From Candidatus Thorarchaeota archaeon (lineage in GTDB: Archaea > Asgardarchaeota > Thorarchaeia > Thorarchaeales > Thorarchaeaceae), in the NCBI GenBank assembly GCA_004524445.1, contig SDNP01000002.1, forward strand, positions 32,001 to 96,000: a DNA stretch of 64,000 bases, read 5' to 3'. A program made the translations under genes and the position numbers. The stretch's first letter is position 1. Every line of letters begins with the position of its first letter. The notes under the pieces were generated by a model. That model did not search any database and was not told the DNA's origin. It saw nothing but the letters and a program-made list of their open reading frames with translations. Below, one piece after another: positions 41,145-50,679 of this stretch.

Positions 41145-41254
41145 GCTCCGGTAGATGCCTTCACATTTCGCGGTTGGCTAGCCGATTGTAGTCCGGCCCA
41201 GCATGAGGGACTCTCGATCCCTCGACCCGGGTTCAAATCCCGGCCGGAGCACCA
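41145..41254 (+). tRNA. tRNA-Glu(CTC) with 32-nt intron at 10/11 (41155-41186)
   Basis: GCTCCGG/CCGGAGC acceptor, AGGGA-CTCTCGA-TCCCT, TTCAAAT, CCA; BHB-like helix CGGU/GCCG. Confidence 0.88.
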
Positions 41255-41260
41255 TTTATT

Positions 41261-43240
41261 CTATCCAATAAGGTAGTGTTTCCTAGCAAAAGGAATGGCC
41301 AATATTAAACATGAGATAATCAGAGCAGAAGCAAGAGGTGTGACACCAATGCCGCTTGCAACGTTCGCATCGATTGGCGTTATGACGAGTGTGAATGACC
41401 CAACGGTGGAAGTAATCCCTGATTGCTCATTAATTTCATAGCTGAGATGGTACACCCCAGCTTCTAATGGAGTCACTAAACACAGATTTACAACACCATA
41501 CACAGATTTTGTGATTTGTTTCTCGGATGCTAACCACCAATATGCAAAATTGATGTCAATATTTCGAGTTCCATTTTGGGCAAATAGCAGAATTTCCACA
41601 TTTATGTATTTCATCATGCCTGATTGAGAATATGATTTCAGAAGAACAGTCAACGGTATAAGTTTGCTAATAGTAATCTTCGTTAAGAAGTTGCTCGGTA
41701 ATTCCATTCTTGACTCATTACCGGAATAGATGATTTTGACTAGGTACTTTCCTTCTTCTTTCGGTGCAGTAAATGATATTTGGCCTAATTGGAAGTTGGT
41801 AGTGAGCAACGTTTGATTTGCTGGTGCATCCAAGGGAGATATAATCAGACTTAGATTGCGTTGGATACTTTTTCCGTCAAAATTAGATATATTGACTAAA
41901 TAGACTACTTCTTGAAGTGGAGATGCATAGCCCATAGTATTGCTTTCTAACAATATGATATTCGGGCGAGACCAAACAGGAAGCAATGTAATCAACGAAT
42001 TGTTAAGGAGAAACTGATTGTCGGTTACATTCACAATGATTTCATGGATGCCCTTTGGTGGCATCATGAATAGATACCCAACAAATTTTCCACTACTAGG
42101 AATAAATATTGCATTGGCACTCTCTAATGTTGTTGTATCTTGCACACTAATATTGATGTCTCGGATGGTGCGGTTGAATATATCTCTAACTGAAATTCCA
42201 AAACTCAAGCTGGTATAAGTTTCAGCTATTGAAGCGTTAAAACTAGCCACAATATATGCTTGACCAAGAACGGATAACTGGACTGTTTTCGTGCATGGCT
42301 CATTCCGGATGCTTCCATTATAGCGAATCGTTAGTTGATGCATCCCTAAAGAAAAAGAGTCATCAATATCGATTTCAATTTCGCTCCAGCCAGTTTCATT
42401 TGTTAGTACTTGCATATACATGATTTCATCAATGAGAACTAGAATACACTCATTAGAGAGACCGCTGTCATTATCAGTTAGTAACACATCTGTTTTCCAA
42501 GTTGTATTGAGGTATGCATCTTCGTGAGCTGAAATATTGGCTGCAATTTCTGTGTCGATCTGACTCAAAATAATCTCTAATTCTTCCATTGCTTGGGAGT
42601 GATAATTTACACTGCTTCCTTCGTACCAGAAAATCAATGAGTTCTTACCAAGATATGCCCAACTACTATTTGTAATGATACTTGTGGACAGATATCCATC
42701 TGTATCTGATTGGAGTATACATAGGGTGTTACCATTAGCGATTACCGTTATATCTGCATTAGGAATCGCATTATTTGTGTCATCAGTCAAGTAGGCAGAA
42801 ATGAGAAGTTCGTCACCATATATCAAAGAAGTATTGGAGAGAGTTACCTCGAGGTTTGTAGATGAAACGATTAAGACCGGCATCCATTGGCAAGAGGGAT
42901 ATAGAGCAAGAGTTTCATTACCTCGATATGTGGCATTGAAAATAGTTTCTCCAAGAGGGTAGCCAAATGGTACATCCATGCAGAATGTAGCATATCCGCT
43001 TTTGTCTGTGTATTCGATTCCTAATAACCAGTCGTTGGTTTCGTCATGAAACTCCACTGGTTGGAATTCTACTGGATCACCGTAAGATCCGTTTTGTAGC
43101 ACCTGTGCTGTTAGTGTTAAATTCTGGCCCCGAGAAATGATAGGAACTTCTTCCGCCTCAACTGGAATCGGAGAAAAAATCATTAGAACTAATGCCGCGC
43201 CGATGAAGATCAAAGTGATGGTATTAGATCTATTCAACAC
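41261..43240 (-). CDS. Membrane-anchored Ig-like repeat surface protein
   Basis: Signal peptide, TDKSG/SDTDG/TNETG repeats with Y.G motifs, C-terminal TM helix plus RKH. Confidence 0.8.
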   Translation of the reverse strand: MLNRSNTITLIFIGAALVLMIFSPIPVEAEEVPIISRGQNLTLTAQVLQNGSYGDPVEFQPVEFHDETNDWLLGIEYTDKSGYATFCMDVPFGYPLGETIFNATYRGNETLALYPSCQWMPVLIVSSTNLEVTLSNTSLIYGDELLISAYLTDDTNNAIPNADITVIANGNTLCILQSDTDGYLSTSIITNSSWAYLGKNSLIFWYEGSSVNYHSQAMEELEIILSQIDTEIAANISAHEDAYLNTTWKTDVLLTDNDSGLSNECILVLIDEIMYMQVLTNETGWSEIEIDIDDSFSLGMHQLTIRYNGSIRNEPCTKTVQLSVLGQAYIVASFNASIAETYTSLSFGISVRDIFNRTIRDINISVQDTTTLESANAIFIPSSGKFVGYLFMMPPKGIHEIIVNVTDNQFLLNNSLITLLPVWSRPNIILLESNTMGYASPLQEVVYLVNISNFDGKSIQRNLSLIISPLDAPANQTLLTTNFQLGQISFTAPKEEGKYLVKIIYSGNESRMELPSNFLTKITISKLIPLTVLLKSYSQSGMMKYINVEILLFAQNGTRNIDINFAYWWLASEKQITKSVYGVVNLCLVTPLEAGVYHLSYEINEQSGITSTVGSFTLVITPIDANVASGIGVTPLASALIISCLILAIPFARKHYLIG

Positions 43241-43476
43241 AGTCTACCTCTTTCAATGCTCGTTTTCTGAACACGTCCTATGTCGGCATGATTCGCATTC
43301 GGACCTTATCTGTTCAGCTATTGATTCATAATTTCTTTATTTCAGGAGTTTTTAATCTCCTATAGAATGAGAGATACTCAGGCGTTTTCAGTGGTGGTTA
43401 TTATGGGACATCATTAACACATGTTAGACGTGAACACAATTTAGTCAGCCTTTAGCAGGACAAGAAGAGAGAGGAG

Positions 43477-46400
43477 TTGGTGAATGTGATTGATGGAATA
43501 AATGAACACTTGCTTCGAGTATCGATTCGGTATACTAGATTGTTATGGTTCCTATCGAGCTTTCTTGCTGGCGTCTATCTTCTTTTGACTTATCTACTGC
43601 CAACCACAAATTTTGGTGCAACATTTCTAATACCAGCCAGGTATTTCATTGAGGTTTTTATTTTCTTGACACCTGTTGTGGGAGCCATTATAACAGCATC
43701 TAGACATTTCGTGAGTCTTACACCCGCCATCTTGATGACTGATGAGTTTCTTTGGTATGAGGTGGGTGATAGTCTTATCGGTGTTTCTTGCCTAGATATA
43801 TCAAATACGCATAGCTCGGTGGTGAATGGAGAGAATGGAACCACTGTCTATGATTCATCCTTCCTTCGAGCTTTAAGATCTGGATTGCAGAAAAATACTA
43901 GTCTTGCATTCGAAGCGGGAATAAATCAGAATGGGCCCTGTCTTCGCTTTTTTATAAGTACTTACTCGAAAAGTAGAGAAGATGCAAAGAGTGTTTTGAT
44001 GAGAGAAAGAATGAAACTGGAGGCTATTCTTCTGTCATCGATAAAGAACATCGAGTTTCATCCTCTTAGTGGCTCTGACCTAAGAGAAGCAATTGGAGTT
44101 TCTATCTTTCACGAAGGGAGTTTTTCTTCAGTTTTTGATTCGAAAACGAATCTCCTTGTCATTAAAGGCAATCCAAAGGTAGAAGCAACAGATACCTCTT
44201 CGCAAATTGGGGTTTTCTTATCCACTGCCATGAAGAAGAGGATATCGACGCGAATCACAACCGTTCTCTCAGTTGCGGATGGTAACTCAGAGAGAAAAAA
44301 AATGGAGCGATCTTGGGACAGGATAATGGAAAAGGAGAAGCGCAAGGAAGCAAGCTTGGAAGACTGGGCAACAAAAAAGAAACTTCTTAGTCGCTATCAC
44401 GAAACTGAGAACAAGAATGGATGGTTTGATTGTTCTACTTATGTCTTAGTAAAATCTGACAATGAGAATGAAGTCGTACCTAATACTGAGAGTGTATCGG
44501 GTATGATTCAGTCAATTTGGGGTGGAGATAACACATTTTCCATCAAACAAAAGAGGTTGAGTAGAAGGATTGAATCTCGTTTGATAACTAGGAGAGCTAT
44601 TGCCAACACACGACTACATGCAAATAGAGTTGCTGCCTATGTAAATACTCCAGTTCAATCGTTGCCCATGATGTCTAAGCATACAGCACCAACCTTCAAC
44701 ATTCCTTCCGTACAGGAGATTGATAATGAATTGACTCTTGGACACGCGATATATCAAGACAAGGAAGTCAGTTCAGTTGGTTTGAGTGCACAGATGTTGA
44801 GAGAGCATTTGGCGGTCCTTGGTGCAACTGGGACAGGAAAAACAACACTGGTTAAACGTCTAATAGCAGAACTAAGCATGAGAACAGATGTGCCTTGGTG
44901 GATTTTCGATGTTAAAGGAAATGAATATTCTGAATTCCAGAAGCTTGGTAATGTGATGGTTATAAGGCCAGGTCTCGATCCTACATTTTCAATTCCATTA
45001 GTGGACTCTTCCCATTCTTCCGAGTCTGTGCAGGGGCAGTCAACTTTTACCTTGCTAAGAGAACTCATCAGGGAGGAGGGATCTTCGGACTTGTCTCCAG
45101 CAATGGAGCAGTTGCTCTTCAAGGCAGTTAGTCGACTAGCCCATAGCAAAGGGGAAGGAATGGGTGCGGATTGTCTTGTTGATTTGGTCAAAAAAATGTC
45201 TGATGACAATAGAGTGGGGAAAATGATTAGAGATGCTCTATTGAATCGCTTAGAAATATTAACCAGAGAACCCCTTGGTGCTATTCTCTCAGGAGGAGAA
45301 AATCAAGTCAACATTACGGATCTTATGAAAAGAAGGGTTGTATTTGACCTGCGCTATGTTGCCAGGATTGGAGGAATGGACGCAGCGCGTTTGCTTTACA
45401 ATCTAGTAGCAAAGAGAATATTTGAGGCAGCAATGCACAGAGGCATATCTCCGAATTTGAATCACGTAGTTGTTTTGGAGGAGGCGAGCAATCTTGTTCC
45501 AGAGAGTTACACGAGATCTTCTGCGGCAGATATCTCAACAGGGGAGTCGATGGTCATGCTGCAAAGAGCTACAGGACAAGGTGTGATTGTTGTTTCAACT
45601 AGGCCGAATATATCCACTAACATCCTTGCCAATACTGCCACCAAAGTCGCGTTTAGATTACCATATGATAGTGAGGTGGGAGGCAGATTTTTATCAATCG
45701 ATCAAAATCAAGAACGATATCTGCGTATTCTCAAACGAGGTAGAGCTCTGATATCACTACCCGGACTTGAAGCTTTTGAAATGAGTTCAGATGTTTTTCG
45801 TTGGAGCGATTACTCGGATTTTATGTCGGAAAATAAATTGATTGGAAAGGATGAAACTAGTGTGATGTCAAGAGAGGGGATGGATATCGAGTCACAGATG
45901 GATACATCAGGTGCATCTGTTACCGGTTCTACAGAAGGTTCTTCTTCTAAGAACTTCAATCGGGCATCACAAATTAACAGTCAATTGGTTGCATTTATGG
46001 CATCAGAGAAGTTCGTCGTTGAAAGAGAAATTAGAGAATTCATTAGCATACTAAGCCCACAATCAACAGACTGTGAAATTGACGAGATGATATTTAGTTT
46101 GATTTCATTGGGCACTATTGTTAGGGAGGCAATTCCATTTGTCGATGGCGGTTTTGTGTATACATTGCCTGGAAAAGGTGAGCAAGCGGTATCAGAGGTT
46201 ATTTCGACGTATCTTTCAGATAGGTTAGGCTTAGAAAAGGAAGCAGTCCAAACAGACGATTTTGAGCTCATCATCGATGATATTGCTATTATAATCATTG
46301 GAGAACACATACGAGTTTCATCATTGAATGATACAGAAAATTACATCCGTTTGAAAATGGAGAAATTTGGAAATGGTGTAGAGAAGCTATATGTTATTGT

Positions 46401-47208
46401 AAGAGGAAGTGTGGCTGCCGCTAAACTTCGGGAGAAATTGGCTCAGACTGAGGAGTTTGATTCTGTCAGCGTTTTGTCAGCCTTCCCGAGTTCGCTGGAT
46501 CGAATGATTGCAGAAATTGGGGGAGAACGTTATTCTGTGTATGATGATGCTACTGAGAAGAATGCATCAGCTAAGGAAGAAGAAGTTGAATTGATCGAGG
46601 CGGTACATAAAAGGTGTAATACAGCTACCAGAGCAATTCAGATTCGAATTTGGATAGGACTGATTCAGGACTTTATTGATATTTCAAATGGTAAGTCAAC
46701 TTGGAGGTCGGTTTTGGAGTTTATTGAAACCACTGTATTGCAATCCAAACGAGCACGAACAGTGCCCTTGGATTCAGATGAAGGACGTCGAGCAGTTACT
46801 GAATTATTGGCAGATGAGGTTCTCACTGCTGTTAGAGTTGCAGAAAATGTGGACTTTCCTGGAATGGGGTCAGGACTGTGGATTGTAAATTCCAATGTTT
46901 TGATGAAACTGAAGGATTGGGTCTTGGAGCAATTAGTAACTTGTTTGAAAAGAGAAGGACATGAAATTTATAGAAATCATGAATACTACGATTTGTGTGC
47001 TAGCGACGCATCCTATGTGGTATTTCCAAATCAGCAGCAATTGAGTACCCTGTTGCATCTCCAATCTGAGGTGATATGTAGAAAATGTAAGTCCAAAAAA
47101 GTTGTATGCATATTGAGTGCTTCTGAATATATCGATGAGCGAGAAGATGCATCGGAGAACATAATTTTCAGATATCTGGACAGCCAGCAGATTAACCTTC
47201 TTCCTTAA
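43477..47208 (+). CDS. Membrane-anchored VirB4/HerA-like ATPase with long C-terminal extension
   Basis: Two N-terminal TM helices, GATGTGKTT, FDVKGNEY, LEEASN, STRP. Confidence 0.8.
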   Translation: MVNVIDGINEHLLRVSIRYTRLLWFLSSFLAGVYLLLTYLLPTTNFGATFLIPARYFIEVFIFLTPVVGAIITASRHFVSLTPAILMTDEFLWYEVGDSLIGVSCLDISNTHSSVVNGENGTTVYDSSFLRALRSGLQKNTSLAFEAGINQNGPCLRFFISTYSKSREDAKSVLMRERMKLEAILLSSIKNIEFHPLSGSDLREAIGVSIFHEGSFSSVFDSKTNLLVIKGNPKVEATDTSSQIGVFLSTAMKKRISTRITTVLSVADGNSERKKMERSWDRIMEKEKRKEASLEDWATKKKLLSRYHETENKNGWFDCSTYVLVKSDNENEVVPNTESVSGMIQSIWGGDNTFSIKQKRLSRRIESRLITRRAIANTRLHANRVAAYVNTPVQSLPMMSKHTAPTFNIPSVQEIDNELTLGHAIYQDKEVSSVGLSAQMLREHLAVLGATGTGKTTLVKRLIAELSMRTDVPWWIFDVKGNEYSEFQKLGNVMVIRPGLDPTFSIPLVDSSHSSESVQGQSTFTLLRELIREEGSSDLSPAMEQLLFKAVSRLAHSKGEGMGADCLVDLVKKMSDDNRVGKMIRDALLNRLEILTREPLGAILSGGENQVNITDLMKRRVVFDLRYVARIGGMDAARLLYNLVAKRIFEAAMHRGISPNLNHVVVLEEASNLVPESYTRSSAADISTGESMVMLQRATGQGVIVVSTRPNISTNILANTATKVAFRLPYDSEVGGRFLSIDQNQERYLRILKRGRALISLPGLEAFEMSSDVFRWSDYSDFMSENKLIGKDETSVMSREGMDIESQMDTSGASVTGSTEGSSSKNFNRASQINSQLVAFMASEKFVVEREIREFISILSPQSTDCEIDEMIFSLISLGTIVREAIPFVDGGFVYTLPGKGEQAVSEVISTYLSDRLGLEKEAVQTDDFELIIDDIAIIIIGEHIRVSSLNDTENYIRLKMEKFGNGVEKLYVIVRGSVAAAKLREKLAQTEEFDSVSVLSAFPSSLDRMIAEIGGERYSVYDDATEKNASAKEEEVELIEAVHKRCNTATRAIQIRIWIGLIQDFIDISNGKSTWRSVLEFIETTVLQSKRARTVPLDSDEGRRAVTELLADEVLTAVRVAENVDFPGMGSGLWIVNSNVLMKLKDWVLEQLVTCLKREGHEIYRNHEYYDLCASDASYVVFPNQQQLSTLLHLQSEVICRKCKSKKVVCILSASEYIDEREDASENIIFRYLDSQQINLLP

Positions 47209-48008
47209 GTTACAATACGAGTTCCTATTGTGGGCTCTCCTAGGAGTATTCTTCTAAGACGTCCAGGAGCATTAAGATTGAAGATTATGATTTCGGTATT
47301 ATCATCTGCTAGAGTAAATAGTTCTTTCAGCTTTCTTTTCATCCCGCCTGTGACATCAATAGATTTTGAAGGGCCTGTGACGTTCAGAACAGGATTATCC
47401 TCTGATGCCTTTATTGTGGGAATGAGTTTAGCATCGGGGTTCCTGTTAGGATTATCATCTAGAACCCCATCAACATCCGTACCTAGAAGAACTGATTTGG
47501 CACCTAATTCTCTTGCAAGATGCACTGAAAGAGCATCACCGCTCAAAATTGCTGCACCTAGTTCGGCATCGAAACAAACATCTCCATGAGTTATGACTGT
47601 GATGCCAGCTTTGAGAGCACTTCTAAAAGATGAGAGATATATTGTTTCAATATAGCCATTACGAAGCTTTGTTATTGCGATTGGTGGAATTATAATGCAG
47701 GGAACTTGGTGTTCAGATAACGCTGCCTGAATTGCTGATGCTAAGAGATTCATGCTATAACGGATTTCAGGGATGCCATCCAGACGCTTTTTCCGTGGGG
47801 TTGAAAGATTTGCAAAGCCGTATTTTTTTGCGGGTTGGTGCCCATGAGCTCCCCCACCAAGTACCAATATGAGGGGGGTATCAGATATTAACAGTTCCTC
47901 ACAAATACGAATGATTGACTTACGATTTATTTCGGGAGGGGAACGTTCTTTGTGAGTGATGACTGACCCTCCGAGTTTGAGTATCACTAGGTTGTCCAAA
48001 GGCGTCAC
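47205..48008 (-). CDS. Isopentenyl phosphate kinase
   Basis: KLGGSVIT, HGD, SGD, DVTGGM. Confidence 0.9.
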   Translation of the reverse strand: MTPLDNLVILKLGGSVITHKERSPPEINRKSIIRICEELLISDTPLILVLGGGAHGHQPAKKYGFANLSTPRKKRLDGIPEIRYSMNLLASAIQAALSEHQVPCIIIPPIAITKLRNGYIETIYLSSFRSALKAGITVITHGDVCFDAELGAAILSGDALSVHLARELGAKSVLLGTDVDGVLDDNPNRNPDAKLIPTIKASEDNPVLNVTGPSKSIDVTGGMKRKLKELFTLADDNTEIIIFNLNAPGRLRRILLGEPTIGTRIVT

Positions 48009-48145
48009 ATCTCAATTTGGTTCAAGATTACTTATCATCGTTTTGACTGGTCATCGGAATTAGTACACTCATACATAAGACAACCTTTTTATCCGAACCC
48101 TTTTTGGTTGGGTTTAACATCTCTGTAGATGGAGTGGTATCGTAT

Positions 48146-48457
48146 ATGACTCAGAGAGCAAGAATTCGTTTGTCAAGTACAAGTACAGAACATCTTGATG
48201 GCGTTTGTAATCAGATCAAGCGAATTACACGCAAAACAGGTGTTCGTATGTCAGGACCTATACCACTTCCAACTAGAAGAATGGTTGTTCCGACACGAAA
48301 GACACCTTGTGGTCAGGGATCTCATTCGTGGGATAAGTGGGAGATGCGAATACACAAGCGGCTAATTGATATTGATGCTGATGAAAGAGCAATTCGTCAG
48401 ATTATGCGGGTCAGAATTCCTGAATCTGTGTATATTGAGATTGAACTAACCGGTTGA
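48146..48457 (+). CDS. rps10: 30S ribosomal protein uS10
   Basis: [24 protein letters not shown]. Confidence 0.97.
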   Translation: MTQRARIRLSSTSTEHLDGVCNQIKRITRKTGVRMSGPIPLPTRRMVVPTRKTPCGQGSHSWDKWEMRIHKRLIDIDADERAIRQIMRVRIPESVYIEIELTG

Positions 48458-48541
48458 TACTGAAGTGTTAGTACACAAACTCTTTCTATGAAGAACACAA
48501 TGTAGAATCACTAGTGTGAAATCCATCCGGAGGAGTCACAG

Positions 48542-50365
48542 ATGTGTGGAATTATAGGTGCAATACAGAAAAAGGGTGAAGTGGCACCATTCATTCATCA
48601 AGCTCTGAAGAGACTGGAGTACAGAGGCTATGATTCTGTAGGCGTAACTACAATTGCAGACAATGAGCTTTATATGAAAAAGGACAAAGGAAAAATAGAC
48701 CAGGTTCATAAGAAACTTGACTTGGATGATTTGCCCGGATCGACCGGTATAGGTCATACTAGGTGGGCTACTCATGGTATTCCCTCTATGTTAAACTCTC
48801 ATCCTCATTTTGATTGTTCTAATGAGATTGCTGTTGTTCATAACGGGGTAATAGACAATTTCATGGAGCTGAGGCGAGAATTGAAGAAGAAGGGGCATCA
48901 ATTCGAGTCTGAAACTGATACTGAAGTCATCCCACATATGATTGAGGATTACATGAAAAACGGATATAGTCTAGAAGAGGCAGTGAAAGAGGTTGCCCTG
49001 ATTATTGAGGGAACATACGCTGTCGTGGCTATGTGTACAAAGGAGCCTGGAAAGATAGTCGTGACACGAGATGGCAATCCATTAGTGATTGGAAAGAAAG
49101 AGAATGCAGTCTACGTTTCATCGGATATTCCTGCTTTCCTCCCAATGACAGACAATATGGTACTACTACTCGATGGCGAGATAGCTGTGTTAACTGTAGA
49201 TGATATTGAAATTGAGAAACTGAGCGATGGAGAGAGGGTTGATAGGGATGCCATCAAAATCAGTTGGACCGCAGACCAAGCACAGAAGAGCGGTTATCCA
49301 CATTTTATGCTAAAGGAGATTCATGAGCAACCAGATGCTATTAGAAATACGTTGAGACTGCGAGATGAAGAAATCGAAAAGGCTGCGAAGATGATTGATA
49401 ATGCGGAGAGGGTTTTCCTGTTGGCTATGGGAACCTCTGGGCATGCAGCCCTCGCTGGCAGGCATATGTTTGCATCTCTTGGTGGTGTTCTGGCAACTTC
49501 TGAACTTGCAAGTGACTTTGCTGATACGGTTTATGATACTATTACCAAGAGTGATCTTGTTGTTGCGATAACACAATCTGGTGAAACAACCGATACTATC
49601 ACTGCCGTTAAATCTGCAAGACAACAGGGTGCAAAAGTCCTTGCAATCACAAATGTCGTGGGTAGCTCCATAACCCGTATAGCTGATCATACTTTGATAA
49701 CTCAGGCAGGCCCCGAGATAGGTGTAGCCGCCACCAAGACCTTCATGGTGCAACTCACTTCTCTTGCTCAGATAGCACTGAAGTTGGGTGAGATTTCTGG
49801 GAAACCTGGCACTGATGAATTAGAAAAGAAAAGGGAATCATTACATGGTCTTCCTGATATTGTTTCACGTGTGATAGCAACGGAGGAGGAACATGCTCGC
49901 CAGATTGCAGGATTGTTTTATGATAGCCCAAGTATGTTATTCCTTGGCAGAGGTATTTCGATGGCCACTGCTTTCGAGGGGGCCTTGAAGCTGAAAGAGA
50001 TTGCATACAATCATGCAGAAGGATATTCGGCGGGAGAGTCAAAGCATGGGCCTATCGCACTCGTACAAGATGGTTTTCCCGTATTTTTTGTTGCGCCCCG
50101 TGATGACACACGCTCTAGGATAATAGGCAATATTATGGAAATGAAGGCTCGTGGAGCTTCCATTATATCTGTGATTGAAGAGGGTGATGATGAGTTGTTG
50201 GAATTATCTGATCATTCATTTGCTATTCCGAAGGGCGTGGAGCCCGAATTCACAACTATGGCCTATGTAGTGCCCTTGCAGCTGGTTAGTTACTACATGG
50301 CGACCAGAAAAGGGTATGACCCTGATAAGCCCAGAAATTTGGCAAAGTCTGTTACAGTTCTTTGA
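48542..50365 (+). CDS. glmS: Glutamine-fructose-6-phosphate aminotransferase
   Basis: MCGI, HTRWATHG, PRNLAKSVTV. Confidence 0.97.
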   Translation: MCGIIGAIQKKGEVAPFIHQALKRLEYRGYDSVGVTTIADNELYMKKDKGKIDQVHKKLDLDDLPGSTGIGHTRWATHGIPSMLNSHPHFDCSNEIAVVHNGVIDNFMELRRELKKKGHQFESETDTEVIPHMIEDYMKNGYSLEEAVKEVALIIEGTYAVVAMCTKEPGKIVVTRDGNPLVIGKKENAVYVSSDIPAFLPMTDNMVLLLDGEIAVLTVDDIEIEKLSDGERVDRDAIKISWTADQAQKSGYPHFMLKEIHEQPDAIRNTLRLRDEEIEKAAKMIDNAERVFLLAMGTSGHAALAGRHMFASLGGVLATSELASDFADTVYDTITKSDLVVAITQSGETTDTITAVKSARQQGAKVLAITNVVGSSITRIADHTLITQAGPEIGVAATKTFMVQLTSLAQIALKLGEISGKPGTDELEKKRESLHGLPDIVSRVIATEEEHARQIAGLFYDSPSMLFLGRGISMATAFEGALKLKEIAYNHAEGYSAGESKHGPIALVQDGFPVFFVAPRDDTRSRIIGNIMEMKARGASIISVIEEGDDELLELSDHSFAIPKGVEPEFTTMAYVVPLQLVSYYMATRKGYDPDKPRNLAKSVTVL

Positions 50366-50398
50366 GGGGCTTATATTGCGAAATATGGTATACTTTAT

Positions 50399-50659
50399 GT
50401 GTGGATAATGAATTGTTGGACCCTCTTAACACCATTAACAGAGTTCGCTTCATTGATTGCTACATATTTTGCGGAAATATGGCAATTTCTAGTATTCATC
50501 GCAAGAGTGTCAGCAGTGATTGTGGTTTTGTCAGGGGCGATTCTTTGGTTCACTGATGTTAATTCGAAGAGGGGCAAAAGTCTTGTATTCAGTGGTATTC
50601 TATTGGCAATAGTTGTGCAATACTTTGTTTTCTATCCCCCAACTTTTGCTCTTGGGTAA
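50399..50659 (+). CDS. Small two-TM protein, VirB2/TrbC pilin-like
   Basis: Two hydrophobic helices joined by SKRGK; start uncertain. Confidence 0.5.
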   Translation: MWIMNCWTLLTPLTEFASLIATYFAEIWQFLVFIARVSAVIVVLSGAILWFTDVNSKRGKSLVFSGILLAIVVQYFVFYPPTFALG

Positions 50660-50679
50660 CTAGTTCCCACCGTATATTT

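Noticed and set aside
34675-47208. Integrated conjugative element at tRNA-Glu
   Set aside because: No integrase, relaxase or duplicated tRNA end seen; tRNA and rpo8 lie inside the cluster
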